From: Octopus sinensis
Lineage: Eukaryota
Length of the DNA: 64,000 nt
Assembly: GCF_006345805.1 (NCBI RefSeq)
Contig: NC_043026.1
Coordinates: 4,402,001-4,466,000, forward strand
Direction of reading: 5' to 3'
In this document: piece by piece, positions 1 to 10,773 of the stretch
Position numbering within the stretch: the stretch's first letter is position 1
Layout: every line of letters begins with the position of its first letter
Made by a program: the position numbers and the translations under genes
Notes under the pieces: model-generated
Database searches by the model: none
The model's input: the letters and a program-made list of their open reading frames with translations, nothing else
Told to the model about the DNA's origin: nothing

Positions 1-1270
1 ATCCGGCAGAGTTTCTACAGCTGGATGCCCTTCCTAATGCCAACCATTGAGAGTGTAGTGGGTGCTTTTACGTGTCACCGCCATGGGGCCAGTCACGCGA
101 TACTGGTAACGACCTTGCTCAAATCTTTTACACATGCCACCAGCACAGGTGCCAGGAAGGCAATGCTGGTAACTATCAAGCTCGAATAGCGACTTTTATG
201 TGCCACTGGCACGGAAGCCGGTTAGCCACTCTGTCAACGATCACACTCGTATGGTGCTCTTTGCTCCCCGCTAGCACAGATGCCAGTCATCGGATTTGAT
301 TTTGATTTCACTTGCATCAACAGGTCTTCGCAAGCAGAGTTTTAGTGTCCAAAGAAGGAAAAGGGACGCATAAGTGGGCTGGTTACACCCCTGGCATAGA
401 CCACGAGGTTATGGTTTCATGTGGCTTGCTGAGTCTTCTCACGCACGGCATATTTCCAAAAGTGTCGGTCACTAGTCATTTCCTTGGAGAGGCCTAAAGT
501 TTGAAGGTCATGCTTCACCACTTCATCCCAGGTTTTCCTGGGTCTACCTCTTCCACGGGTTCCCTCAACCGCTAGGGTGTGGCACTTTTTCACACAGCTA
601 TCCTCATCCATTCTTGTGACATGACCAAACCAGTGCAGTCGTCTTTTGCACACCCTATCTGCTGCTTCTTAGGTCCAATATTTCTCTCAAGGTACTTACA
701 CTCTGTCGAGTATGAACACTGACATTACATATCCATCAGATCATACTGGTTTCATTCCTTGCGAGCTTACGCATGTCCTCAGCAGTCACAGCCCATGTTT
801 CACTGCCATGTAGCATGGCTGTTCGTGCAAATGCATCATACAGTCTACCTTTTACTCTGAGCGAGAGGCCCTTTGTCACCAGCAAAGGTTAGAGCTCTCT
901 GAATTTTGCCCAAGCTATTCTTATTCTAGCAGCTACACTTTCAGCGCACCTCCCTGCTACTGACTTGGTCACCTAGGTAATGGAAGCTATCAACTACTTC
1001 TAGTTTTTCTCCCCGGAATGTGGCGGAAATTGTTCTCTGAACATTTTCAGTGTTTATTGCACCCGAGCATCTGCCACATACAAAAGCTATCTTCCCAGTT
1101 AGCCTTCCTTTGATATTGCTGCATCTCTTATGTGTCCATAGCTTACACTGGGTACATCTTAGAGTTTATACCTAAACCTCTACTACAGATCGAGCAGGGC
1201 CATCTACCTGAAGGGATTTGTGGTTTGCTTGCCTCCCACTTATTAGGAATTTGGTTTTAGCTAGGTTGAC
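1..1270 (-). mobile_element. RTE-clade LINE, 3' part: post-RT Cys-rich region, C-terminus and 3'UTR with internal tandem repeats; degenerate
   Basis: Minus-strand peptides GLRVNLAKTK, RWPCSIC, AARIRIAWAKFREL and ORF 417-653 (RRLHWFGHVTRM...RGRPRKTW...DR..W) are typical of RTE ORF C-termini. The sequence continues into the GGCATTAGGAAGGGCATCCAGC 3'UTR. Confidence 0.85.
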
Positions 1271-1429
1271 TCTAAGGCCCTTTGATAATATATATATATA
1301 TTATATATATTTGTTGAAATGGAAAGATGAATTTTCTTGTTACAGATTATTCAAAGTTTACCGATACCTGGGTAGCAAAAATCACAGCAGAAAAAAACAC
1401 GGTTGGAGATAAGACCATTTGGTGTTGCA

Positions 1430-1465
<36 letters not shown>

Positions 1466-1485
1466 TATATATATATATATATATA

Positions 1486-1690
1486 TTGTTATATTTCGGA
1501 ATGGTCATTCTGCCAGTTTAGCCAATAAAACACACGCACTATATATTTGGTGTTATTTTGCTTCATGTTATTTATTTTTACATTAATCTTAATCTTATTT
1601 CGGGCAGAGTTCTTTCGTCACACTCCTGTGACCGCATCAGTGGTCCTTTATTGGCTAAACTGGCAAAATGACCATTTCGAAATATAACAA
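1486..1690. mobile_element. MITE with ~45-bp terminal inverted repeats and TA flanks
   Basis: TTGTTATATTTCGGAATGGTCATTCTGCCAGTTTAGCCAATAAA at the left end is the reverse complement (2 mismatches) of 1646-1690; TA on both sides, within a (TA)n tract. Confidence 0.75.
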
Positions 1691-1741
1691 TATCTGTTTC
1701 AACACACGACTTCACATAAAAAATCTTGCACAACAAATATT

Positions 1742-1775
<34 letters not shown>

Positions 1776-2199
1776 TATTTAGCAGAAGTAACAAAGTGAC
1801 CCAAAATCCGAAAGTTTTGTTTATTAGCATTTATCAAACTGGTTCTTTGGAGGTATATTCCCAGACCTCAAAAACCAGTTTGATGAGTGTCAACTCTCAG
1901 ACCTTGAGTCCCTACTGTCACGTCCCTATCACCCCTACCTCTATCTTTCATCTCTCAATCACTCTCTCTTCTTCTTTTTACTCTATCTTACTGCTGTGAC
2001 AAAGATTGGCAGTAAATCTCTTCTCTTCACCATTCTTCCAATGAAACTAGGGATGTTACTGGACCTACCTGAGTCTCTCCCCAACACTCAGCCACTCCTT
2101 TTCATATATTTATTACCCTAGATCTCTCACACATCCCAGGGTATATGTCACACCCAGAGATTGAGGGGAACCTTTAGTTTTGTCAAGGACATGGCAATT

Positions 2200-2370
2200 G
2201 TCTCTAGTGACGGTGCCATAAGATGCACCCAGTGCACATTGTGCAGTGGTTGGTGTCAGGAAGTGCATCCAGCTGTGGAAAGAAAACCAGAAAATGTAAC
2301 TTCAGGCAAGATATTCTCTGAACCATCCAACCCATTCCAGCATGGAAAGTGGGGGTAAAATGATGATCAT
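2200..2370 (+). mobile_element. Degenerate copy of the RTE 3'UTR-type repeat
   Basis: GTGGTTGGTGTCAGGAAGTGCATCCAGCTGTGGAAA ... CCAGCATGGAAAGTGG then ATGATGAT resembles the younger copies at 13.0 and 16.6 kb. Confidence 0.6.
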
Positions 2371-3831
2371 CATACATACATACAGACGTATGGATGTATA
2401 AATATACATATGTGCATCTTTCTTTGTCTATATATTATACACATTCATTCATATATATGTGTATGTGTATATAGATACAAACACAATTAGATTGAAGTCT
2501 AATATAATTATTATGAAGGGTTTTGTAGGTTTTTCTTCCCCAAAGTAAACCAAGTAGAATGGCACAAGTGAAACATAAACATTCATTCCAATTTAATTTT
2601 ACAATAGAAATATTGGCAATTATCTGGTTTTCTCTTTATAAACTTTGTTGTCAACAACAACAGCAATAACAACAACATATCCTTATCCAGCTTTTCTCCA
2701 AAATATGTTGTTTAGTCCATGTATATTCAAAGAGCTGACATCCTGAAGAAGGATGATGATGATGGGTCACCAGAATGTCATTAAACACCCCCACCAATAT
2801 TTCCTAATCCACCTCATTAAACCCCCAATACTTCATAATAAACTACACCAAGTTATAACTCCTCACCTAACACAAAACAAAACACACTTCACCTGCCAAA
2901 CCCTTTTTCATACAAACACATCTTTCTCATTGCTACCCAAACATTGTCCCTTATATTAAAGATAATTAAGATGAACCTACCTTTCATTAATTGGGCTTAT
3001 TCATTAACCAATCTTTATGATCTCAATCAGCAACAAATAATAATGATCCTCTCAACATGCTGTCTATCAGTGTGATTATATGAAAGCCCATCTTTGGATA
3101 AGCTTTCTGAGTTAATCAATGTTGTGTGTGATAATTGTGTGGATTATATTGAAATGTCAAGAGATTTACAGCATTTTTCAGATTAAGAACAGTTTCATCT
3201 CCAGCTTTATTCGTATTTGCTAATCCAGGTAAATATGATGGAAACCAAGCCAACCATGACTGTCCCATCATTTTAAGTACATATAATCATTAGTAATACT
3301 TATATTCCATCTAACTAGCAAAATGTTCTGTCTGTCTTGTATCTGACAAATGTCTATGAAACATAATAAAGTCTATGTTTTGCTAATTGTTCCATGTTAA
3401 CGAAGTTTGAACATGATTGCTGTGTGTTGGGACATAATATAGCATGTACACCAATTAAAATTAATTTTCTCTACAGCTTAGAGTGTCTCGTTATAGAGTG
3501 CTTTTAGAGCAGGGGAATCTCTTTGACTAATTATCGTTAAATAAATCTAAACCACACATGACTATTTCTTTGTGATGTTGAGAGCAAATATCATTTCCAG
3601 TGAAAATAATTATTTCTAATATTTAGACTCCATGTAATTAATGAAACTTAATACATCTTAGAATAGATTGTAATAAGTTGTTTAAATATTAATTAGACAA
3701 GATTAATTCACTGACAGAAATACATAAATGTTTTGTTTGTGTTTTTCAATGATGAGCAAACATCATCTTCCTGAAACTTTAATATTTTCACAAAGCTAAA
3801 TGTTTTCCTTATATTTCTTTACAGATTCACT

Positions 3832-6800
3832 ATGGAAGACCAGACTGAAAATACTAGTGTTATTTCAGAGAGAGAATCAGCAGTGAAGGCCATATCTGGA
3901 GACAAAGAAAGCACAAAAGAAATAGTTGCTAAAATACAGAGGATTTGTCTTCAATATGATCGCTGCATGATGTTTATGGAGCATATAGTTAAGGAGAGCA
4001 AACATTATGAAAGTCTGGGATTAAGTGCCAATCGTATTTTAGAAAAGGTCAAAGAGAGACTTGGAATTTTGCTGAAAAATACTAAAGAACAGAATATTTC
4101 TATTGAGCAGGACCTCGAATGGTTTCAACAAAGACTCTTTGACATTTATGTCACCAGCAATCTATACAGATGGAAGACCATTCAGACACCAAAAATAACC
4201 AAAAATAAATTTCGGCCTCTTCAGACAGTTGTGACTAGAGAAGCAAATATCAAGGAATCTGGAGAAGAATTTGAAGAAATCCCAATAATATCCAATATTG
4301 TCATCGTAGAGGAGGGAGTGATGACATATTCCCACCATTGTAAGATAATAAGTTTAGTAACAAGAGACAGTGACAGAATTGATGTCTATTGTCCATCTTC
4401 TGTGACCAGTTTCACAAGAATCAATGAAGACATGGTTCTGGCAACCCTCCCCTTCCAAGAAACGATTCTTATTATCAGCCCCAAAACCTTTAAAATCAAA
4501 AGGATACAGTTGGGTTTACATATGGTGAGTTACTTGGAAGATTCTACACTTATAGGTGTAGAAATGTTTGGTAAGACTGTTTACCAATTTGATTGGGAGG
4601 ATAATACCATTAACTATCAATTTATTACCAAAGAAACCCCTACAGATATTGCTGTAGGGGTCCAGAATATACTTGTAATTACATTCGCCAGCATCAACAG
4701 AGTAATCTGTTACAAACTGGATGGCCAACAGTTATGGGAGGTAGAGACCCATTCTCTGCACCTCCCAAGTAAAATCTCTCTCTACCAAAATTATTTCTAT
4801 GTCCTCCAGGGACAAATAATTTATAGAATTTCAGCTAAAGGTGGTGTAACAAGGAGGGACATTGGCAGGAAATGCCGCTCTATTTCTGTTGGTAAAGATA
4901 CCATTTTGGTAACAGATTATTGCGGCAAACCACATGGTATTCAAATGAATAAAGACTTTTGGCCCAAATTGTCATACAACCACCAGCTACATACCCCCAG
5001 TTTAAAAGACTATATTGATATTGAGGACTGCTACAACATTACAAATATTCTACCTATGTCTACATCTTCTATATTAATAATTTACAAAAACAAGAAAGCT
5101 AAATTATTCACTGATAACGGGGAAATAATTAACCAAAATAATTCAGTTTTCCTTCAGCTTCCTTCTTTCTGTTGTAGAATAAACGCAAACAGATTCCTGG
5201 TATTTTATTGTGAAAAGAAAGGGTTTCAGTATATCACATGTCCTGAACTAAGAAAAGGCCCTTTAATAAAGGTGCAAACTGGTTACATGAAAATATGTCA
5301 TATTGTATCAAATAAGTGTCTGGCTGTGACCACCACTGAAAACAAAAGCGAGGTCCATATCCTCTTGATCCACAAATATAAAGTTGACATTGCAGAAAGA
5401 ATTTCTCTTGGACATCATAATGTCAGCATTGCTGCAACTCCAATTAATTTTGTAGTCGTAGATGGAAGCGAAAATAAAATGGTATTTTATTCCACATGTG
5501 GAGAAAAACTTTTTCAAAAATACCTTCCATTCTATGGCTACCCTCATCACATCTACTCTGATAATGTTTATATCTATGTCCTCTCCAGGAGACACTCTAT
5601 TCTCAGATGTTACGATCTATATGGACAAATGAAATGGCAGTGGGAACTGCCTTTCCCTGTTCACCCTGACATTGCTGTTTTCCAAGGAACACTTTATGTC
5701 CCGGACACTCAACTCAACAGGGTTCTTCTTTACAAGTATCAAGACCGGTCGTCTGGCTGTCGTTTACCCACGAAAAATCCTTATATCAGAAATCTAAATC
5801 TACGACTCAAAGAAAAGGAGAATGACCAAAAACTTGTCATTGGTGAAATATGTAATCTGGCCAATGGACAGTTGGTGGTGTCTGACATCAATCATGATTG
5901 CTTGTTGTACATTTCTCAGGGAGGAGACATTGTGTCCAGATTATCTCTGCCGTCTACAGCCACAGATATATGTCGATGGGATTTTAATCATATAGGGGTC
6001 ACATTACCCCTACAGAAACAATTAAGGGTCATCGGAAACCTATCAAAGAGAGTGAGAAGTGTATCATTAGGGCAGCCTTATGTACGGATGTGTAAGATGG
6101 GTGAATGTGAAATTGTTTGTTATTGTGATAAACCATCACATTTAGATATTTTAGCCATCAATAATTATAATCAAGTTCAAGTAATTAAGACAATTAATAT
6201 CCCTGTGTTTGTGAAATCATTATCAATAGACAAGAAAACAGAAAAGCTATTAATTGTTACTAGGGGAAAAGCTTTTCAGTACAACACTAGAATAGGTGGT
6301 GGTGGTCATGGCAGCACACATCGTCAGAGTGGTGGAAGTGATGGTAGTATTAGTAGTGGTGATGGTAGTATTAGTAGTAGTGATGGTATGGTTTCCAGTG
6401 ATTCAGAGTCCGAAACAGAAGCTTTCTTCAAGGACATTAGTGGTGGTGGTCATGGCGGTCGTCAGATGGTCCCCAGTGTTTTAATGTCCCAAGTGAAACG
6501 TCCCCTCAGTCTCCAAGGTGGATCTATTGACCAAACGTCTGTTTATCTGATAGACAGAAGCCGTATGTTTGCCATAAACGATCAGAATTTGTTGGTTAAT
6601 GATCTCGTTACTAATAATCAACTTAATTATTATATCGACCTGGTGGATGTATTTTCCAGACACATTTCTCTCAGTGAAATGTTGTCTTCCACTTTATATC
6701 TACAGGACCTGACAGTTTCTGATAAAGCCAGACATATTCCTCTCCCTAAACATTTGGGAGACAAAGAACCAGCGGAGATTAATCGTTTGGTTCTTACTGA

Positions 6801-9267
6801 AAATAATCTGATTGCAGGATATGACAGGAAGAACGGAAACATTAAGATATTCACATTGGATGGTCAGCTTTTGGATTCAATCAAAGTGAATGTTTATGAT
6901 TATATTAAAATGTGTCGATGGCAGTCAAACACACTGGTCATTAAGAATAGGGATCGTTTAAAGAAACACCAACTGTTGACATTAAAAGTGGAATTTCCAC
7001 TGTTGTTGGTAATTTACAAAACGAGAAATAATTATGAATGTGTGGCTTCTTTATCAAACAATCAACTGGTTTTGAGTGAACGGAAAGATGGAAGACATTT
7101 GCATTTTGTTGATATTGATGAAATACATTCGAATGTGAAGGAAATAAATAAAATAGACATACCTGAACCATTAATAAGGAGAGACGAAGATGGAAATTAT
7201 TCTGATAGAATCCAGGATATTAAAGTTACTGCTGAAGATGTCATCATTGTCTTCAACTGGAGATTCATCATTTTCTTCAACAGTGGTGGTCAATATTTAC
7301 ATTCAGTCAGACACTACATGGAGTATTATCTTGGTGATGATGACAGGATGACAATTGATGACAGTTTTTTGTACATTCATGGTGGGTGGGAGAAATGTTT
7401 AAGTTCATCTGAATATGGAAACATTTTGTGTTTGACCCAGAATGGGGAATACAAGAGAATATTTTTAAATGAAAGAATTTATAAAGATAAAGTAGAATTC
7501 TCCAGTATAGACTGTAAAGGACCAAGGCTTGTTGGAAGCCGTAGGAGTGAATGGAGGAGAGAGAATGAATTGTATGTTGAAGGGTTGTTTATGGTGAATC
7601 GAGACAGCTTCCCGGTTGCTCGTTTACAAACAGACGAATGTCCTGTTCAAGTAAAAGATTTTGATGTCTCTGAGGAAGGAAAGACAGTTGTGTGTGAAAA
7701 AGCCAATAATGGAAATGTTAAAATATTCGATGAAGACGGCCAGTTGCTATGTCACAGAAATGTTGCAAGTTTAGTTGGTGGTGCGTGTTTTACACAAGAA
7801 TCACACATAATGGCCACGGTTCCTAAAAGGAAAGAAATATTTCAACTGAATGGAGAAGATTTGCAGACATCTCAAGTTTGGTCGAGTCTCATCCCTTATG
7901 GTGTATTATGGAGAAAAGTGGCGGGTATTTACTGGTGTGTACATATTGAATTGATTGAATGTCATTGCATAAAGATTGATGGGGACCAAGCGAACATTCT
8001 GGAATCTGTGTCATCATTAAATCTTGATTCTGGTCTTCGTTTCCCTTCCATTACATCTGAAACGAACAAGGAAATATTCAGTAATGAATTAATTAATAAA
8101 TTGGAATACAGAGGAGGAGATGGAGAAGGAGGAGGAAGAAGAAGAGGTAAATCAGGTGAAATAATTGGTAAAGGTAGATTAAAGGTGAGATGTGGTAATT
8201 ACATAGCGGAGATTAATAATTCAGGAATTGATGAAATATCAGTGAAGAGACTTCCATATAGGACAGCAATGGTCCCTTTTTCCATTCCTGCATTCAAGGA
8301 ACCTGTTGATTATGATTGTGGGGACATTAGGGACCGGAACAGTAAACTAATTAAGTTAGATGAGAATGTGAGTGTGTTGATGTTTCGAGAAAGTGTCACA
8401 TTAATCAGAACAACAACAACAACAGTGGACATACTTCAACATGAACAACAACAACGACCACCACTGGACATATGTCGGTGGACAGAGGAATGTTTCATTG
8501 TCACCTTTGGGAGAGAAATGAGGGTCTTCAACAGGGATCTCCGTTGTTTAAAAACCATCAGAACTGAGAAATACTACAACAGGATTTATATATACAACGA
8601 GAATCAACTCGTGTGTGGTGGTCATTATATTAGAGACATAACTCAAGAAGAGAGACACAAGAAATACCGAAGAATATGGAAGAACAACAAGTATTACTAT
8701 CTTTGCAAAGACCACTACATCTTTGACCGTTATTATGTGGATGTGGTTGATATCAAAGATGGGAAATGTAAAGATGAAGTGTGTCGTGGGAAGATGAGGA
8801 GATTGGGAAGGTGGGAGGGATATGAAGTGGTGGAAGATGTGGGAGTCACATCTTTTGGTGATGTTGTTGTTTTAAGGAGGGAGATGAAGGGGTCTGGAAT
8901 TTGGGAAGATTTTTGTTTTGTGGAATGGTTCAGGGAAAAGTCTTTGGTGAGGAGGATAAGAATAGAAGAAACGTTTTATGTTCCGGAATATTATATTGCA
9001 AGACCTCGTCTGACCATAATTGGTGAATGTGTTTATATAACAGATAAAAAAAACAATATTTACGAAATACCTCGACATATTGAAGAGGAAACATCTGAAG
9101 ATGATGAAATCCTGGGATTTGGATATAATCCAAAATATTTACTCCTCAGAGAGGATGATAATGAAGTCGTTGAAGTTCTTGGTTTGGATGTTTCAGACAA
9201 TTCTTTGATGGTTTTTGGAATTATTCCTGGACGTCAATCTTTTGCTTTCTTTTATTTTGACAAATAA
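3832..9267 (+). CDS. 1811-aa single-exon protein: N-terminal helical/coiled-coil segment plus about six tandem beta-propeller (NHL-like) modules; resembles the C-terminal part of TRIM-NHL/B-box proteins but multiplied
   Basis: Uninterrupted 5.4-kb ORF in AT-rich DNA. Polypyrimidine tract plus AG acceptor at 3823-3824 lies 7 nt before the ATG, with an open frame upstream, so an N-terminal exon is possible. Recurrent blades such as DICRW...V, and ...IKIFTLDGQLL / ...VKIFDEDGQLL. The fold is inferred from sequence pattern only. Confidence 0.85.
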   Translation: MEDQTENTSVISERESAVKAISGDKESTKEIVAKIQRICLQYDRCMMFMEHIVKESKHYESLGLSANRILEKVKERLGILLKNTKEQNISIEQDLEWFQQRLFDIYVTSNLYRWKTIQTPKITKNKFRPLQTVVTREANIKESGEEFEEIPIISNIVIVEEGVMTYSHHCKIISLVTRDSDRIDVYCPSSVTSFTRINEDMVLATLPFQETILIISPKTFKIKRIQLGLHMVSYLEDSTLIGVEMFGKTVYQFDWEDNTINYQFITKETPTDIAVGVQNILVITFASINRVICYKLDGQQLWEVETHSLHLPSKISLYQNYFYVLQGQIIYRISAKGGVTRRDIGRKCRSISVGKDTILVTDYCGKPHGIQMNKDFWPKLSYNHQLHTPSLKDYIDIEDCYNITNILPMSTSSILIIYKNKKAKLFTDNGEIINQNNSVFLQLPSFCCRINANRFLVFYCEKKGFQYITCPELRKGPLIKVQTGYMKICHIVSNKCLAVTTTENKSEVHILLIHKYKVDIAERISLGHHNVSIAATPINFVVVDGSENKMVFYSTCGEKLFQKYLPFYGYPHHIYSDNVYIYVLSRRHSILRCYDLYGQMKWQWELPFPVHPDIAVFQGTLYVPDTQLNRVLLYKYQDRSSGCRLPTKNPYIRNLNLRLKEKENDQKLVIGEICNLANGQLVVSDINHDCLLYISQGGDIVSRLSLPSTATDICRWDFNHIGVTLPLQKQLRVIGNLSKRVRSVSLGQPYVRMCKMGECEIVCYCDKPSHLDILAINNYNQVQVIKTINIPVFVKSLSIDKKTEKLLIVTRGKAFQYNTRIGGGGHGSTHRQSGGSDGSISSGDGSISSSDGMVSSDSESETEAFFKDISGGGHGGRQMVPSVLMSQVKRPLSLQGGSIDQTSVYLIDRSRMFAINDQNLLVNDLVTNNQLNYYIDLVDVFSRHISLSEMLSSTLYLQDLTVSDKARHIPLPKHLGDKEPAEINRLVLTENNLIAGYDRKNGNIKIFTLDGQLLDSIKVNVYDYIKMCRWQSNTLVIKNRDRLKKHQLLTLKVEFPLLLVIYKTRNNYECVASLSNNQLVLSERKDGRHLHFVDIDEIHSNVKEINKIDIPEPLIRRDEDGNYSDRIQDIKVTAEDVIIVFNWRFIIFFNSGGQYLHSVRHYMEYYLGDDDRMTIDDSFLYIHGGWEKCLSSSEYGNILCLTQNGEYKRIFLNERIYKDKVEFSSIDCKGPRLVGSRRSEWRRENELYVEGLFMVNRDSFPVARLQTDECPVQVKDFDVSEEGKTVVCEKANNGNVKIFDEDGQLLCHRNVASLVGGACFTQESHIMATVPKRKEIFQLNGEDLQTSQVWSSLIPYGVLWRKVAGIYWCVHIELIECHCIKIDGDQANILESVSSLNLDSGLRFPSITSETNKEIFSNELINKLEYRGGDGEGGGRRRGKSGEIIGKGRLKVRCGNYIAEINNSGIDEISVKRLPYRTAMVPFSIPAFKEPVDYDCGDIRDRNSKLIKLDENVSVLMFRESVTLIRTTTTTVDILQHEQQQRPPLDICRWTEECFIVTFGREMRVFNRDLRCLKTIRTEKYYNRIYIYNENQLVCGGHYIRDITQEERHKKYRRIWKNNKYYYLCKDHYIFDRYYVDVVDIKDGKCKDEVCRGKMRRLGRWEGYEVVEDVGVTSFGDVVVLRREMKGSGIWEDFCFVEWFREKSLVRRIRIEETFYVPEYYIARPRLTIIGECVYITDKKNNIYEIPRHIEEETSEDDEILGFGYNPKYLLLREDDNEVVEVLGLDVSDNSLMVFGIIPGRQSFAFFYFDK

Positions 9268-9289
9268 ATATTTCCAGAAATATTAAACT

Positions 9290-9965
9290 TCAATCTTCTT
9301 CTTCTTATTGTTGTTGTTGTTGTAAATGGCTTCGCCCCGGAATTGAATCTGCATCGCATACATTGCATTCTACACACTAACAATTATTGTTGTAACATTC
9401 CTCAACACACTCTCTTTGTGTGTGTGTGTGTATATTTATATACAGTATATATACATGTGTTTATATATATATATACACACACATATTTAGGCATGTGTGT
9501 ATAGAAATAAGGCTATAAGTATGTATGTTTGTGTGTGTGTATATACGCATGTATATATATGTATATGTATATATACGCATGCATGTATGTATAGGAATGT
9601 CTTCTCCGAAACCAGAGACTTTCATAATCATTGATTCTCCATTAAAAGGCAGACGACCAACAACAACAACAATAACAACAGCAGACGACAACCGCCACCA
9701 CCATCATCATCGTCATCATCATCATCGTCATCATCATCATCGTGATCATCCTCATCATCATCATCATCCTCATCACCATCATCATCATCATCCTCATTAT
9801 CATCGTCATCAGCGTTGTGTGTGCGTGTGTGCAGTCTGCATCTGAAAATTTTTAACGTTTAATAAGAATAGATTGTTGTTGTTGTTGTTGCAGTGACATT
9901 CCAACTGCACACACGCAAAAACATTGCCTTTCGTCCTCGTAGGGTCGTTGTTGTTGTTGTTGCTG
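9290..9965. repeat. Microsatellite cluster: (GTT)n, (TG)n, (TA)n, (CAA)n, (CAT)n at ~9702-9810
   Basis: Directly visible simple repeats. The overlapping His-rich ORF 9525-9845 is a by-product. Confidence 0.95.
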
Positions 9966-10773
9966 TTGGGGGTTCATAAAAAAAGAGAAGGACACTTTAA
10001 GAAGCATTCAGTAAAAGCTTTCCCATAGCTGGTCATTTTTCATGCTAGAAATAGAAACCACTTTATTTTTCATATAAATTTTGAAGGACAGTTAAGAACC
10101 TTTTAAAAATGAAATTGGCCTGTATATGGTCTCATTTCATGCTAGAAAGAGCCACAAAAACCTTCACACTTTTGTTTCATCACAAATAAAAATCGAAGGA
10201 CAATTTACAAAGAATCCATGTCAAATATTGTCCTATAGATGGCCTAACATCATGCTAGAAATAACAGCCAAATACTCTGAAATTTGTATCGTTTGTCAAC
10301 AAAAAGTGAAGGACACTTTAAGAAGCAACTCTGAAAATATTGTTCTGTGGCGGTTTAAGTGTAAAATATTATAAAAGTATGCATCTATGAGTTTTATGTG
10401 TTTAAAAAACATAGCAAAGACATGTGTGTATATGTAGGTATATATAAATATACGTGTGTATAAATGTTCCTTGATGATGTATATGCTTCTTCCCTAATAA
10501 CTTGCAGAGAAATGGATATTTTTCATGGAATTTCCTACAAATATGCTTCAGATGGTGTAGATTCCGATTCTATGGGGATTATTGGGAAAACTTTTTTTCT
10601 TTCATAACAAAAGCAAATCTTGTGAATTTTGTAAAACTGCTTTTCCCACCAAGGGACAAACGGTTTTCACAATGAATTCCGATTTAATCGGAATCTAAAC
10701 AATCTGAAGAATATTTGTAGAAAATTTCATTAAAAAACATTTAATTTTGCGAAAGTTGTGAGGAAGCAAATTC

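Noticed and set aside
1600-1660. Hammerhead-ribozyme-like CTGATG...stem...GAAA on the minus strand inside the MITE (weaker look-alikes at ~33670, ~34470 and in the 18.6-kb element)
   Set aside because: The core reads CTGATGCG rather than CTGATGA, and I could not find stems I/III with an NUH cleavage site.
9461-9845. His-rich and YIYI-type ORFs here and at 27865, 34768, 47560, 48688 and 61851
   Set aside because: They are translations of (CAT)n, (TA)n and (TG)n microsatellites.
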